A DNA stretch of 62,948 nt, counting the filler, from Octopus bimaculoides (Eukaryota): assembly GCF_001194135.2 (NCBI RefSeq). It is 7 parts of 7 records of this genome, joined end to end, with 100 filler letters (N's around TTAATTAATTAA, not from the genome) between each part and the next. Parts side by side here need not be neighbours in the genome. Positions count along the whole stretch, not along the records: positions 1 to 17,160 come from NC_069003.1; 6 more parts are not named here. The stretch is one strand, 5' to 3'. A model generated the notes under the pieces. It was given only the letters and a program-made list of their open reading frames with translations, was not told the DNA's origin and searched no databases. The first letter of the stretch is position 1, and every line of letters begins with the position of its first letter. A program made the position numbers and the translations under genes. Positions 1 to 13,505 of the stretch are shown here, in pieces.

Positions 1-91
1 ACTGATGAGAAATTAGCTAGGACTTTTCTGTTAGTTACGTTTTTCTAAAATCTTCTGTTTCTGCTAAATGCTTCATATAGATATATATAGG

Positions 92-250
92 GGAAGGAGT
101 GGCCGTGTGGTAGTAGTTTGTTTACCAACCACATCGTTGTGGGTTCAGTCCAACTGTGTGAGACCTTGGGCAAGTGTTATCCACTGTTGCCTCAGACCGA
201 CTAAATCCTTGTGAGTGGATTTGGCAGACGAAAACTGAAAAAAGCTCGTC

Positions 251-291
<41 letters not shown>

Positions 292-366
292 CATGTATGT
301 ATGTGTGTGTTTATATTTGTACGCCAGCATCGCCTGACAACCGGTGCTGGTGTTTTTGAGTCCCCT
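92..366 (+). mobile_element. SINE family A (tRNA-like head, CORE-like 'ccttgggcaagtg' box, internal (TA)n/(TG)n), 3'-truncated
   Basis: Aligns by eye to the copies at 29648, 55632 and 62205: gtggccgtgtggtag...gggttcagtcc...ccttgggcaagtg...ccttgtgagtggatttgg...(TA)n...gcatcgcctgacaaccggtgctggtg. Confidence 0.85.
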
Positions 367-902
367 GTTTGAAAACACAAGGACATAGTAGGCTTTCTAG
401 ACCCAAGTTGTTGGAAACTTGATATCAGGTCTTGGTTCATTTTTTTCATATTCTGTAATATACTTAACGTATGAATATTTTTAAACAACGGTTCGCAAAG
501 ATTCCTCTAACATCATCCAAGTTGAAGTTGAGTGACAGACTAGTGTTAACGAGATTAACAAGAATAAACACGAACTGGTATCATATCAGTTTATTATTAA
601 TGACGTCGCTGGAGAGCACATGGACTCGTGTGTCATTAATTACTGGATATTTGATACGCTAGTATAAATAGCTGGTCGGGCACCTAGTTGAAACTTGCAG
701 AGTGAGTGCTAGCGAAATTTACCAGAAAAGACAACTCAGAGAAAGCGTCAACAGATTGAGTCGCCATATTGTAAATTTAACAGCGATAATAAAATGAAAA
801 GGACTTAATGGTTTCAAACTTCATTATATAACAGCTTGTGTAAAAACTAAATATACACTCGGTCTAATTTGGACAAACGACAGTTTAACATAAAAGGAGC
901 GA

Positions 903-1218
903 TTTGTAGTAATTATAAAGGACCTTCTGAGCAATAAGAGAGCAACCAAATATGCCGAAATGATCGACAACATGCTGGAGAACTTTCAAAAGTTTGGAGT
1001 AAAAAGGAGCATAAAACTACACTATCTCCATAGTCACCTTAATAAATTCCCTGAAAATGTTGGTGACACAATTGACGAGAAGGGAGAACGCGTCCATCGA
1101 ATCAGTGGAAACGTATGAAGGCAAATGGGAATTACAGACGACGGTGGATTATTGCTGGAACTTGGATTGTGATCTTCCTCAGATCTATCACAAAAGAATA
1201 TCATCCAAACGCAAATTC
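903..1218 (+). pseudogene. Frameshifted C-terminal DDE transposase remnant, Chapaev/CMC-like (RAG1/Transib-related motif layout)
   Basis: Frame from 903 reads FVVIIKDLLSNKRATKYAEMIDNMLENFQKFGVKRSIKLHYLHSHLNKFPENVGDTIDEKGERVH. A shifted frame continues ETYEGKWELQTTVDYCWNL...HKRISSKRKF. H-x4-H, DE-x-GE-R-x-H and Y-x-G-x-W...DYCW motifs are present. Confidence 0.7.
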
Positions 1219-2166
1219 ATGGCAGTAACATTTTTTCTAGATTTTCAGGAGAATTTTTAAAAAGTTATTCTCGTTTTGTAGAAAACACAAGTTCTGTGTA
1301 CGTACGTACGTATGTATGTACGTATGTATGTATTATATGTCTTGTTCCTCATAAGTAGTCTTATGGAAAAACAAAAACTATGAAATTCTATGGATGCAGA
1401 ATCACAAAAATCTTGGCGTGATGGCAATGAATGTCATCTTAGGATGCTTTGTGTCAAAAGTCCCCCACTTCATGTGCAAATGTTTTCACAACATGGAAAA
1501 TAACTTGTTGGATTATATAAGCGAAGCATGGAAAAAAATATGCATTTAAATGCTTCTAGAGAGATTTGAGCAATATCATGGAACAATTGTGAAACTTTCT
1601 CATACATTCACGAAAGAAGAAAATGAATATCAATTTCAAAATATAACACTCAAATTGTACCATTGTAGGTGTTTTCTGAATGCTATTTGATAAACGTTCT
1701 ATATTCTTAAATTACACTGGAGATTATGGTCATGACCGATTTTATATAGATTTTTCAAGTAATTTCCAACTAAAGGAGTTTCATTCTATATTGATACGGA
1801 AATCTATTCAATATCACAAAAATATCAATATCTTTATTTAGTAAATGTCACACAAAACGCGAAGCGAAGAGATATGAATTAGTTTTGTGCAGAAATAATG
1901 CATGCAAAGAAATATATGTATTTTTAATGCAAATAATATATTTGGAAAGTGAGATGTTTGAAAGTGCAGTATAGAGAGTAATAGGTAATATAGGCGGTGA
2001 GAGTAGGCTAATATAAGATAAGATACTGCTGTATTACGTATAATCTACGACGTATTCAAGCTGTAAAATAAAACTACTCTATATAATGCGAAACCACGTT
2101 TTCATCTTCTAACACAGACACACACGCTCACGCACGTACGCAATCACATATACATAGATGCGCATA

Positions 2167-2229
<63 letters not shown>

Positions 2230-2273
2230 NNNNNNNNNNNNNNNNNNNNNNNNNNNNNNNNNNNNNNNNNNNN

Positions 2274-2314
<41 letters not shown>

Positions 2315-2501
2315 TAATCTAATACGAGAATATTGTTGACAGTGACACCGAACTTTGCGTATGTGTGTGTACAACATGCAGGTTTGTAAATGTGAGTATA
2401 CATATGTATATGAAACGTATATGCTCATGCAAACACAGACACATGCGCACACACGTACACATCGATGCATAGATATATGAATATATCAGGGAAACAGCAG
2501 A

Positions 2502-2696
2502 AGCATTAATAATGCTACTGGGGTCGGGCTTGTGATATGAAATTATGTTTGAATTATTGTTCTCTAGGCTTCCATAGATCTTAGAGCTGACAGCCTCAGT
2601 AGCACTGCTGATGTAGTGGAGACTCGTTTGGAATTGAAAAAACATTATTCGGTCGGTTGAGATCACAATATCGGTGGTGATATAAATGCACAACCA
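2502..2696 (+). pseudogene. Decayed LINE apurinic endonuclease fragment (RTE-like)
   Basis: Fragments SINNATGVGLVI and IGGDINAQP match the APE motifs GVG and GDFNA; stops and frameshifts lie between them. Confidence 0.5.
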
Positions 2697-3417
2697 GTGT
2701 ATATTTCACCAGAATAAGGAAAGTCGTTGACATGTCGCGGTCAAAGGAATATATCGTCTTAAATACATGGCGTGTGCAACAATTGTTTTAGGCAATATGC
2801 ACACATTATGCTTGCGTGAAATCGGAAATGGACAAAGAAAGAAAACTATCCGAGAATACGTTCACTAATTTTGAGGGTATCAAACGGTGTCAGTACGCAA
2901 AATTTTGAGGGTGTATGAATTGTGTGAATGCTTATGGAATCATGGAACGCTATCAGTGAATGAAATCGTGCGGATGGGCACGGAGGTAGGGAAAATGAAG
3001 CCAACAACTTAATGAGTGCTGTAGCCTTCCACGTCCGGTCAAATTTTTGTCGTTATGTTCGAGTGATATTTCTGGTTATTGCCAGTCTTGTGGTTATGTA
3101 TTGTTGCAGCATGTTCAGGGAGTATTTTCAGGCAATATATCAAGGAGCATTTTCAGAACATGTATGGAAGTATAAGTAAGTCATATTTGATGTACTAAAT
3201 TTACAATACAACAGTACAAATAATGCTACCAACATTATGTGTTACCCAGCTGCTTCCATACATATTGAGAGTGTATGGCAGAGAAGCTAAAACAAAGGAT
3301 AGAGATAGACAAGATTCTCGTTGATGCTAACGACTAGACGTTTACAGATGCATTTATTTAGTGTTCTTGTTCCCAGTAACAACAAAACAGGCATAAATTT
3401 TGAATTGATAGTTCATT

Positions 3418-3640
3418 CTTTTCTACTCTAGACACAAGGCCCAATTTTTTTTTTGGGGGGGGGGAGGGGGGCCAGTCGTTTAGATCGACCCCAGTACGCA
3501 GCTTGTATTTAATTTATCGACGCCGAAAGGATGAAAGGCAAAGTCGACCTCGGTGGAATTTGAACTCAGAACGCAAAAAACACACGAAATACCACTGAGC
3601 ATTTTGCCTGGAGTTCTCACGTTTCTGCCAGCTCACCGCC
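3418..3640 (-). mobile_element. SINE family B (tail type B2), full length with ~17-bp TSD
   Basis: Head ggcggtgagctggcagaaacg, core gaggtcgactttgcctttcatcctttcgg. Flanks tgaattgatagttcatt (3401-3417) and tgaattgacggttcatt (3642-3658). Confidence 0.9.
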
Positions 3641-4230
3641 TTGAATTGACGGTTCATTGGGAAGGCAATATTGAGAGACACCATTTATGGGAGTACCGAA
3701 ACAGAAGGGCGTCAAAAATTAATATTGAAGGAAAGAAAGTGGAGACAAAATTGATGTATGAATGATTTATTTGTACGCTATATATATATATATATATATA
3801 AAGATAGATAGATAGATAGATAGATANNNNNNNNNNNNNNNNNNNNNNNNNNNNNNNNNNNNNNNNNNNNNNNNNNNNNNNNNNNNNNNNNNNNNNNNNN
3901 NNNNNNNNNNNNNNNNNNNNNNNNNNNNNNNNNNNNNNNNNNNNNNNNNNNNNNNNNNNNNNNNNNNNNNNNNNNNNNNNNNNNNNNNNNNNNNNNNNNN
4001 NNNNNNNNNNNNNNNNNNNNNNNNNNNNNNNNNNNNNNNNNNNNNNNNNNNNNNNNNNNNNNNNNNNNNNNNNNNNNNNNNNNNNNNNNNNNNNNNNNNN
4101 NNNNNNNNNNNNNNNNNNNNNNNNNNNNNNNNNNNNNNNNNNNNNNNNNNNNNNNNNNNNNNNNNNNNNNNNNNNNNNNNNNNNNNNNNNNNNNNNNNNN
4201 TCTAAACTACATATATATATATATATATAT

Positions 4231-4328
<98 letters not shown>

Positions 4329-4769
4329 GGACATACATACATATACAGATAAAGTAATACGAACTTCTATTTTTCACAAATTCTATATTTATTAATTCAT
4401 TAAATCCAACTCCCTTCGGCAAAAGAATAAATAAATTCCGTGTGTAAGTTACAACCAGTTTTAAATCAGAAAAGGAAACAATATCAAGTGTATAATTTTC
4501 TCTATAACTTGTATCGGCTGTAAAGAAAAGCCAATCGGACAAACTGATTGCCTGCTAACAAGAGCTATCGACTCGTATTTTTGCTTCAATAGGCAGCAAC
4601 ACATCAGTTTTGCTAAGCTGAATCCCGATGTAGAGATTAAAAAAAACGGAAACACAAAGAGTAAGGAATATTTATGGTCTCAGGTAATTTGCATAATTTC
4701 AACGAAAATAAGTTAAAAAGAAAATAGATATACTACTGCCACTACGACGAGGACGTCGCATACAACAAT

Positions 4770-4770
<1 letters not shown>

Positions 4771-4819
<49 letters not shown>

Positions 4820-4915
4820 CTTCTCCTCTTCTTCCTCCTCCTCCTCCTCTTCCTCCTCCTCCTCTTCTTCCTCCTCCTCTACAAGTACTACGATGACGAC
4901 AGCGACGATGACATA

Positions 4916-4948
<33 letters not shown>

Positions 4949-5084
4949 CATTACTACTATTACCATTACTACTACTACAATTACTACTACTACTATTGCT
5001 ACTACTACTACTACTACAGTTAATACTATAATTCTTAGTAGTAGTAGTGGTGGTGGTGTTGGTGGTGATAGTAGTAGTAGTAGT
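4771..5084. repeat. Compound trinucleotide microsatellite (TAC)n/(TCC,TCT)n/(GAC)/(TAG)/(TGG)
   Basis: Directly visible; explains ORFs 4814..5200 and 4893..5096. Confidence 0.95.
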
Positions 5085-5681
5085 TCCAGAGTGTAGGGCA
5101 CCTCTCTTTTGAAGGCAGTACCGGCACGAACAAATGTAATTGGTATGGATTTGTTTATCGCAGATCTAAAGTTGCCAGGGACTTTCCCCCACCTGGACAC
5201 GTTTAGAAATTCACTCTCCGTGATAGTTGATGAAATTGCAACGAACTGTTACTAACTCTATTCTATCAACAATTGTGTGTATTCGTGTGTGTGTGTCTGT
5301 ATGTGTGTTGTCAGTTGTGTATATGCATCTGTATGCATAAATACATATGCCTGTTTTCGTATATTCATATATATATANNNNNNNNNNNNNNNNNNNNNNN
5401 NNNNNNNNNNNNNNNNNNNNNNNNNNNNNNNNNNNNNNNNNNNNNNNNNNNNNNNNNNNNNNNNNNNNNNNNNNNNNNNNNNNNNNNNNNNNNNNNNNNN
5501 NNNNNNNNNNNNNNNNNNNNNNNNNNNNNNNNNNNNNNNNNNNNNNNNNNNNNNNNNNNNNNNNNNNNNNNNNNNNNNNNNNNNNNNNNNNNNNNNNNNN
5601 NNNNNNNNAATATGCCTCTATGTACACATGTAGATGTAAGTACGTACATATATGTGTATACACATGCATATATATTCTTTG

Positions 5682-5755
<74 letters not shown>

Positions 5756-6156
5756 CAGTACATGTTAATATAATTATATATACATAAATACATGCGCACA
5801 CTCTTATTTATGAATATCAATATTCATAAATATGTGTGCGTTTGAACATACGCGTATGACTATAGACCCATAGATGTGTGCGTATATAAATGTGCGTATT
5901 TAAATATTTATATGGAGATGATGAAAGAAAGGAACAAAGAAAGAGGCGAGTAAGAGACAATGGGACAAAGAAAGTTAAAGTTAGGTAACCCCTCCAATGG
6001 CATTCATTATACAGTGAATAGATTTCCCAGGAGATACGTTATAGAATATATATTATCGAGAGCGTAAAGGACACTTCACCTTGCATCTCATTTCATTCTT
6101 GCCACACGACAAATGAATGTTATACAAAATTTCTTTCGATGAGATTCTGCTCATAA

Positions 6157-6687
6157 GGCGGTGAGCTGGCAGAAACGTTAGCACACCGGACTAAATGCTT
6201 AGCGGTATATCACCCGTCGCTACGTTCTGAGTTCAAATTCCGTTCATTCTTATAAGGCGGCGAGCTGACAGACTCAGTAGCACACCGGACTAAATGCTTA
6301 GCGGTATTTCGCCCGTCACTACGTTCTGAGTTCAAATTCCGCCGAGGTCGACTTTGCCTTTCATCCTTTCGGGGTCGATTAAATAAGTACCAGTTACACA
6401 CTGGGGATCGATATAATCGACTTAAACCGTTTGTCTGTCCTTGTTTGTCCCCTCTGTGTGTAGCCCCTTGTGGGCAGTAAAGAAANNNNNNNNNNGCTTA
6501 GCGGTATTTCGCCCGTCACTACGTTCTGAGTTCAAATTCCGCCGAGGTCGACTTTGCCTTTCATCCTTTCGGGGTCGATTAAATAAGTACCAGTTACACA
6601 CTGGGGATCGATATAATCGACTTAAACCGTTTGTCTGTCCTTGTTTGTCCCCTCTGTGTGTAGCCCCTTGTGGGCAGTAAAGAAATA
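6157..6687 (+). mobile_element. SINE family B (tail B1): extra head 6157-6242, full copy 6256-6485, and an identical partial copy after an 11-N gap
   Basis: 6297-6485 and 6497-6685 are identical including private variants, offset exactly 200 bp across the gap. Confidence 0.9.
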
Positions 6688-6734
6688 ATAAGAGGGTAAG
6701 CATCAGCAATATTCCTAAATATAATAAGTAGTAG

Positions 6735-7765
6735 CTTCCAATTTTGCCACAAGGCCAGTAATTTCGGATGAGGAGGCTAGTTGATTACATAGATGGGGTA
6801 GGATAGGATAGGAGGGTTACATGGATGTCAGTGCTCAACTGGTACTTATTTTATCGATACCCAAAATATGAAAGTTAAAAATTCGATATTAGTGGAATGG
6901 TAGATCAAAGCGTAAAGACGGACGAACGCCTGCTAAGCATGTTCGGGGGAGGTTATTAACCGATAACATTGGTTCCACAATTCTACAGCAATTTATTTAG
7001 TCGACCACGAAAGGATGAAAGGACAAATCGGTGGAATTTGACATAAGTACGTAAAGACAAATGAAAAGCTGCTAATCATTGGTGAAAAGTAGAGGCGATC
7101 ACTCAGCCTCAAGCACAAAAGTCATATACACCCTCTTGCGTATATGTATACATACATGCATACTTGAAACGGGTCCAAGTATCGTCTTTGCTTAACGGGT
7201 GTAACTCTCAAAGAATTAAAAAATTAAAGACTTTGATAGAAGACACTTGCTCAATGATCAGAGCAGTGAGATCGAATCCAGAACTCGGAAGGATGAAACG
7301 CAAATTTGATCTCGGTGGTATTTGAACTCAGAGCATAAAGACGGTCGAAATTTTGAAAAGCATTTTGTCCGGCATATTAATGATTCTATCATCTCGCCAT
7401 CTGAGTTTTGGTTTCAAATTTTGACAGAAGGTCAGCAATTTCGTGGGGTGGGAGCTTGTGCATTATAGTGACCCTAGTGTTCGATTGGTACTTATTCTAT
7501 CGATCCCGAAATAATGAGAGGCAATGAGGACTTCGTTGGTATTTGAACTCAGAACCTCAAGCTGGATCAAAAGCCACTAAACATTTTGCATGGCGTGCCA
7601 ATGATTCCACCAGCTCGCTGCCTCAGTAAGATGCTATATTGGCTTTAAACTTTCGCACAAGCGCAGCAATTTCAGACGAGTGGGGCAACTAGATTCCATC
7701 GACCCCAGTTTTCAACTGGTACTTATTTTATCGACCCCGCTTCTGCCAGCTCACCACCATCTTAG
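6735..7765 (-). mobile_element. Cluster of about five degenerate family-B SINEs in the same orientation
   Basis: Repeated caaattttg.cacaagg.cag.aatttc tails, aactggtacttattttatcga cores and gaatttgaactcaga heads near 6735, 6990, 7285, 7408 and 7640. Confidence 0.75.
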
Positions 7766-8064
7766 TAAGTATCAGCAACTGCAGTGCATCAAGAATTAGA
7801 GTGGTCGATAAACATTAAATAGACATACTAAGTCGCTCATCAATCCCCCACCACCACCGCCACCACCACCAGGCCTTTACGGTAGCCGACAGCTCACACG
7901 ACACGCAAATCTCTAGCAGCATTGTTATGTTTATAACAACCAACTCAGCAGTGACATGGCATCAATTAGATTTTATGCAATAGCACTTAGGATTTTCAAT
8001 CAGACTTTCTTTGCATAAACAGAAGAGTTAATAATTTTCCACAACGGTAATTATATTAACTTAC

Positions 8065-8116
8065 CTTCCAGCTTACTTTCATCGAAAGCCCGTGACAGCG
8101 CGATTATTATACACGT
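8065..8116 (-). CDS. Candidate internal exon of an unknown gene
   Basis: gtgcag|ACGTGT...CTGGAAG|gtaagt; the open frame TCIIIALSRAFDESKLE resembles the end of a signal peptide. No homolog recognised. Confidence 0.2.
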
Positions 8117-8434
8117 CTGCACATTTCATAATACCATTTACTACAGACGCACTAATACGCAACGAAAACAGAAAACACCCACACGCACACAAACAAACAC
8201 TTGATTACAAATGCATTTGTAATTCAACAACACGCTATGTTGGACGTTGCATTCACTCCTGTTTTTAATAACATTTCAATGCATTTTGTATCCTTGAAGG
8301 GTGTTTATATCGTTTCCATCAGGCGTGTTTCATTCTAATTGAGTTATCGGCAACTAGAGGAATCATTGTTACTATTCTGTGATTCTTGCAGAATGAAACT
8401 TCCTCGATCACATATTCTGCAATTCGCCTTTCTA

Positions 8435-8648
8435 TTCTTTCTATTATAAGGCACGAGGTCTGAAATTGTGTGGAATGGCACTAGTCAATTACATCGATCC
8501 CAGAGCACAGCTGTTACTTAATTTACGAATGGATGAGAGCCAAAATCTACCCTGGCTGCATTTGAACTTTGAACGTAAACTTTGAAGAAACGCCACTATG
8601 TATTTTTTTCCGGCTCGGTAAATATCCTACCCGGTTACTTGCCTTATT
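8435..8648 (-). mobile_element. Degenerate SINE family B (tail B2)
   Basis: tttctattataaggcacgaggtctgaaatt...gtcaattacatcgatcccag...catttgaact. Confidence 0.7.
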
Positions 8649-8918
8649 TTTCACTTGAAATATATTTTGTTTGAGCACATTATGGACTGTAGCCCAAGAG
8701 ATGTTGTATCGGAAAACAAATGGTTTTAATCATACGTTTGCTTGTTCAGGGCAACACAACAAATATATAGAGTAACAGAGATGTCCAACATTCCTTTCAT
8801 AAATTTTCTACGTGTCGGCAGTGTCTATTTTGCAGAAATTTAATATTTGATAAATGTATTAATTACCAACACTCTCAGTATTAGTAAATAAATATCATGC
8901 ACATTGATAAAGTTGTCA

Positions 8919-9106
8919 GCATGCTGGACGAAATGCATAGCAGCATTTCATCCACGTTCATGTTCTGAGTTCAAATTGCGCCAAGGCCGAATTTGCCTTT
9001 CATCCTTCCGGGTCGATGAAATAAGTACCATTTGAGTACTGGAGTCGATGTAATCGACTTACCCCCTTCTCTAAATTACTGGCCTTGTGTGAAAATTTGA
9101 AATCCA
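8919..9106 (+). mobile_element. SINE family B (tail B3), head partly missing
   Basis: gttctgagttcaaatt...gcctttcatccttccgggtcgatgaaataagtacc...gtcgatgtaatcgactta...ctggccttgtg. Confidence 0.85.
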
Positions 9107-9574
9107 TATTATGCACATTAAATAGTCATAAACAACTATCTTGTTTATATAGTTTCACACATAATCATTCTCTTCCTCATTTTGTAATTGACCTCGGTTA
9201 ATGGGATGAGAGCAATTTTATTACTTGTCGTCGACAAGTTAATTACACTGTGACGAGATTGATCAGCAACATAACATTCATTGCTGACGGGAACGTAAAC
9301 ATGTTTAAGGTTACAGTCAAGTCGATCCCTCTGATCCTGTCTGCGGTGAAATTCCATAAAGAATCTGTCGTTTCTAAATAGCTACACCATATAATTAATT
9401 TTAAGACGTTTAGATTTACAAGTTAAACCGTATAGATTTACTGTAATTTGTTGTATACCATAACATGAAAAACAACCACTGCTGACGCGCCATTAATTCA
9501 TTCACACACATTAACAAGTTAAATATTCAATCGAGGCAAATCGCCACCTTAATGATGATGATGATGATGACGAT

Positions 9575-9609
<35 letters not shown>

Positions 9610-10407
9610 TGACGACGACGACGATTCGGGTGTTGGTGTGGTGGTGGTGGTGGGGTGATGGCAATGAAGATGACGATGATGATAATGATGTTGATGATTC
9701 AAAATAACAAATATTTGGTTGTTTCGAGAAACAGATTCAATTATTTCCAACACACGTCAGATACTAAACCAATTTGTCTCTTTTTAACGTTTTTGTAGGC
9801 GTTTTTCTAGCTTTCATCTACCAATATATTTTTGCCACATTCATTGCATATTTTCACCTTCCGTCATTGTATATCCAGGAGCATACAATCTCCGAACACC
9901 TATACAAAATGCAATTAACTGCTAGAGAATGGAAATCGATTAAACCCGACTGGAAGGATTTCTGCTGGCAACGTACGTACGCCTTCCATGTTATGGCAAG
10001 GCAAATTAAACTGTATTCAACTGCTAGTGAAATGTCCACCATAATTATTTTTTAAATCGCTTAAGAACAAAGTTATCGGACAAGATAACGTCCATTTAAA
10101 GAGGGTGGGTGATTGTTTAAATAAATATGGTTACCATGAGGAATGGAAAAGTTTCGACATTTTAAGATCAAATATCGAACATGTTATGTTTTATTAAGAT
10201 TATAGAATTGTATGAAGCTTCAATATTTGTAATTTCATTGCTGGCACCACATGTTTTAAAATACCACACTACAAATTGTATAATTTACGTTAATATCGAT
10301 CAAATCATCCTTTGTACATCAATCACATTATTTTAATAAACCTAGTAGATACCAAGTCAATGATGGTCTCTCTACTAGAGATTACAACTTTATATTCCTC
10401 GATTAAT

Positions 10408-10548
10408 ACTGGCTTCAAATTTCGATAAAAGGTCAGTAATTCAATTGGAAGCGGTTAGTCGATTACATCGACCCCATTGCTCAAATGGGATTTACTTTAT
10501 CAACCTAAAAATGATGAAAGCCCACCAATTTTGCCTGCTCGCCGCTTA
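10408..10548 (-). mobile_element. Degenerate, internally deleted SINE family B (tail B3)
   Basis: ggcttcaaattt...gtcgattacatcgacccc...cctgctcgccgct. Confidence 0.7.
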
Positions 10549-12484
10549 ATTATTTCTTTATTTATATTGCTACCATTCAGTTTATGAGTACCTTTCACAT
10601 TCGATCTCGCTTCCACTTAAACTTGACTTAATTACTTTCGTGAGTTCGAGACAAATATTGAAAAACACTACGTTTTCCGAAATTTGACTACTGTTTTTGG
10701 CAAGTCGGGCAGTCATAAGCTAGAGCTGCTCCTTCCAGTTGACTCCTTCGGAAATATGATACGGATGCATGAGCTCACGTATTATCAAGGAACAATTTTC
10801 CATGTCATTTAAACATCTCGACACTGTTCTACTTACCGTGAATATTATGTGTAATTATATTAATTTTATAATTGAAATTCTGCTTGAAGAGCGTGTTCAT
10901 TATGGAACAGTTATTAATTATATCTATCGACAAATGTTATGAATTGATATTTCTCTCGGATAAATGTCTCTTTAAACACTGGTAGCAATGGAATATCGTC
11001 AGCTGGTGAGCAATACCAATAAAATAGCGTTAATGTCCAAACCATTACAAATAGTTGCTAACTATTAGTGACTAACAGAGATTTAAGTTCCTAATGACTA
11101 CTGCTAGGTCACAAAATCGTTTGTGTTACTCTCGTGATAATTGAATGTAGTTAATGATTTTATTTTAGCCTAAAGCCGTTACCGGTGGCATAGTTAGTGA
11201 CCAAATAGAATCTAAGGAAGATGGCATCAAAGCAGCATCATTAGAGAGGTTTTTCAAATAGGCTGCTGATGTGTTCTCTTGAATCGATAAGAGCAAGTTA
11301 ATGATGAGTGGAAGGACCATTGAAAACATTTCAGATGATGAAAATCTTCATTATACTTCACACATCAATACATACAACCTCCCTCGAAGTAATTAAATTA
11401 ATTTCAGTGATCTTCATTAAATTACTTTCCTATTTATCACAAGTAACAAGATCTAAAATCTCAGCAAATTTCGAATTATTTGTATTATAGTATCGAAATG
11501 ATTTGTCAAATATTTTGATCTGCAAATTTCTTTTCATCTACAAAGTAATGTATTTGTATCATCTTATAGCGACATGAGTATGTCAGATTTAATCAACTTT
11601 CAATAATTTTTTAAAGAGCGATTCAAGTATCCTTGTAACAAATATATCACTTTTCTTCTTCGTTCTCAATTAGACAAGAACGTCTTAAACAACAAAACCA
11701 ATACAAATTCTGTTCCAGTGCCTAAGAGATTAAGGCAGAATATTCTGCTTGTCAACTACCTTCCGTATATTTGTTTACCAAATGTAATTGAATCGAATAT
11801 GTTATTGGAAGCCTACTGTTATGATATGTGAGTAACAAATTATTCATTACTTTTTTCTCCACGATATAAATACAGAAAGGATATTACTAGTAATGCTGCA
11901 ACCGAAAGCAGATGTTTCATGAAAGACATACATTATCTGCATATACACAGATTCAAAGAAGAATAAAATGGAGAAAAACCTCATGATATCCGCCATCCTT
12001 GTCGATGTTTCTAAAGAAGCTACCCTCATATAATTATGGAACGAATGAGCGGTAAGTATTCTATCGATGCAATATATGCGGTTGATACAAAAATAAATGT
12101 TTTCAATGGGATGAGTGATAACATGGGAGAATTGGAAATGTTTTAATCATCACTGCGTTTGATTTGATTTAAAAACAGGCTCCGAACTGATATGGGAATA
12201 TACAGTTAAATACTTTTTCTGTAGCTGTGGTGTCATTTCTTTTAATTTGCATTCATATAACCACATGTCCAATATGTACAAACCTAGCTGCTCAGAAATA
12301 AAGCTTGCAAAAGAACAGGAGTGTTTTCTCCTTTACGCGAGAATTTTAAGAGATGAGAATCTACTTAACTGATATGGTTAGTGGAATATTATAGACGCCA
12401 TGTAATTAACGCAGAGTGTGCTGTCATTTGTTTTGTTTATACATAGCTCCAGTTATCTACCTATCTATCCAATATATATATCTC

Positions 12485-12539
<55 letters not shown>

Positions 12540-12549
12540 AGCATATGTC

Positions 12550-12680
12550 AAGCATCGCTTGACAACCAATGGTGGTTTGTTTACGTCCCCGTAACTTAGC
12601 GCTTCGGCAAAAAAGACCGATAGAATAAATACTAGGCTTCCAAAGAATAAGCCCTGGGGTCGATTTTCTCGACTAAAAGA
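12550..12680 (+). mobile_element. SINE family A, 3' half
   Basis: gcatcgcttgacaacc...gtccccgtaacttagcg...gaccgatagaataa...ctggggtcgat. Confidence 0.85.
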
Positions 12681-13437
12681 GAGCGTATATGTATAATGTG
12701 TGGATGTAATTATATATTGATAAGAGATTGCAGATGAATCTGTGCAGCAAACAAAACTGAGTTGCTTTACGTATTTCCTACGTTTAATATCTCTTTAAAT
12801 CGACACCAATTTACCCAACCATTAATAGCTATTAACTGAATCAAAGTCCATAGGATAACCTAAAGATACAATAAGGTTTCAAGACAGGAATAATTGATAA
12901 AAATACATTAGATATTTATATCTAAAATATATATTTTATTCTCTTATTCAGGATAATGAGGATAAACTCTCTCATTATACTTGAGGTTTACTTCAAATGT
13001 CATTATGAATTGAATTTGCTGAAGACCGCTGCCAGCATTTGAAATGTAAAGGTATTGTCGTAAGATTATTTAGTATGTTACAAAAAAATATTAATTAAGA
13101 GTGCATAATGTCGTTACTTATTCTGAAGCGCTGTTTGCTAATAGTTCTTGAAGTCAAAAAATTAGAGGAACAAACAGATTTTGTATGTAGCTATGTTGTA
13201 TGAAGCAATTATATTAAACGTATATATATACTTATTTCTATTTTGAAAACCAGTGGATGTATTCCACTGAATTTAGGTAAATAATCCTTCGTAGCGGCCT
13301 AAAAGCGTTTAACAACTCATGTATTTTAAGTATGTGCACCGATGAAGTTTACGCTATAGTGCTGTTTCTAACTCGAAATTGAATTTTGTTTTACTAAAAC
13401 GGCACTCTCGCATATCAGTAGGTAGATGTTATGCTAC

Positions 13438-13505
13438 CTGTATATACTTCGGGTCAGCGATTTGAATTTGTCTCGCGAGCGAATTGAATGTACGGCACCG
13501 GTGAC
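13438..13505 (-). other. Candidate 68-nt exon (coding or 5' UTR) in a CpG-rich patch
   Basis: Acceptor ttctttgttatttcag| and donor CAG|gtagca. Two frames are open (VTGAVHSIRSRDKFKSLTRSIY; HRCRTFNSLARQIQIADPKYIQ). Confidence 0.3.

Noticed and set aside
5085-5260. GC-richer patch with open frames on both strands
   Set aside because: Splice acceptors are weak and no protein family was recognised
6297-6685. Apparent tandem duplication of a SINE
   Set aside because: The copies are 100% identical including private variants and separated only by an 11-N gap, which is typical of unmerged overlapping contig ends
9145-9357. ORF with an NHL-repeat-like stretch (CYVADQSRHSV)
   Set aside because: One weak motif, no convincing donor site or neighbouring repeats; ORFs of 70-80 codons are expected by chance in this much DNA
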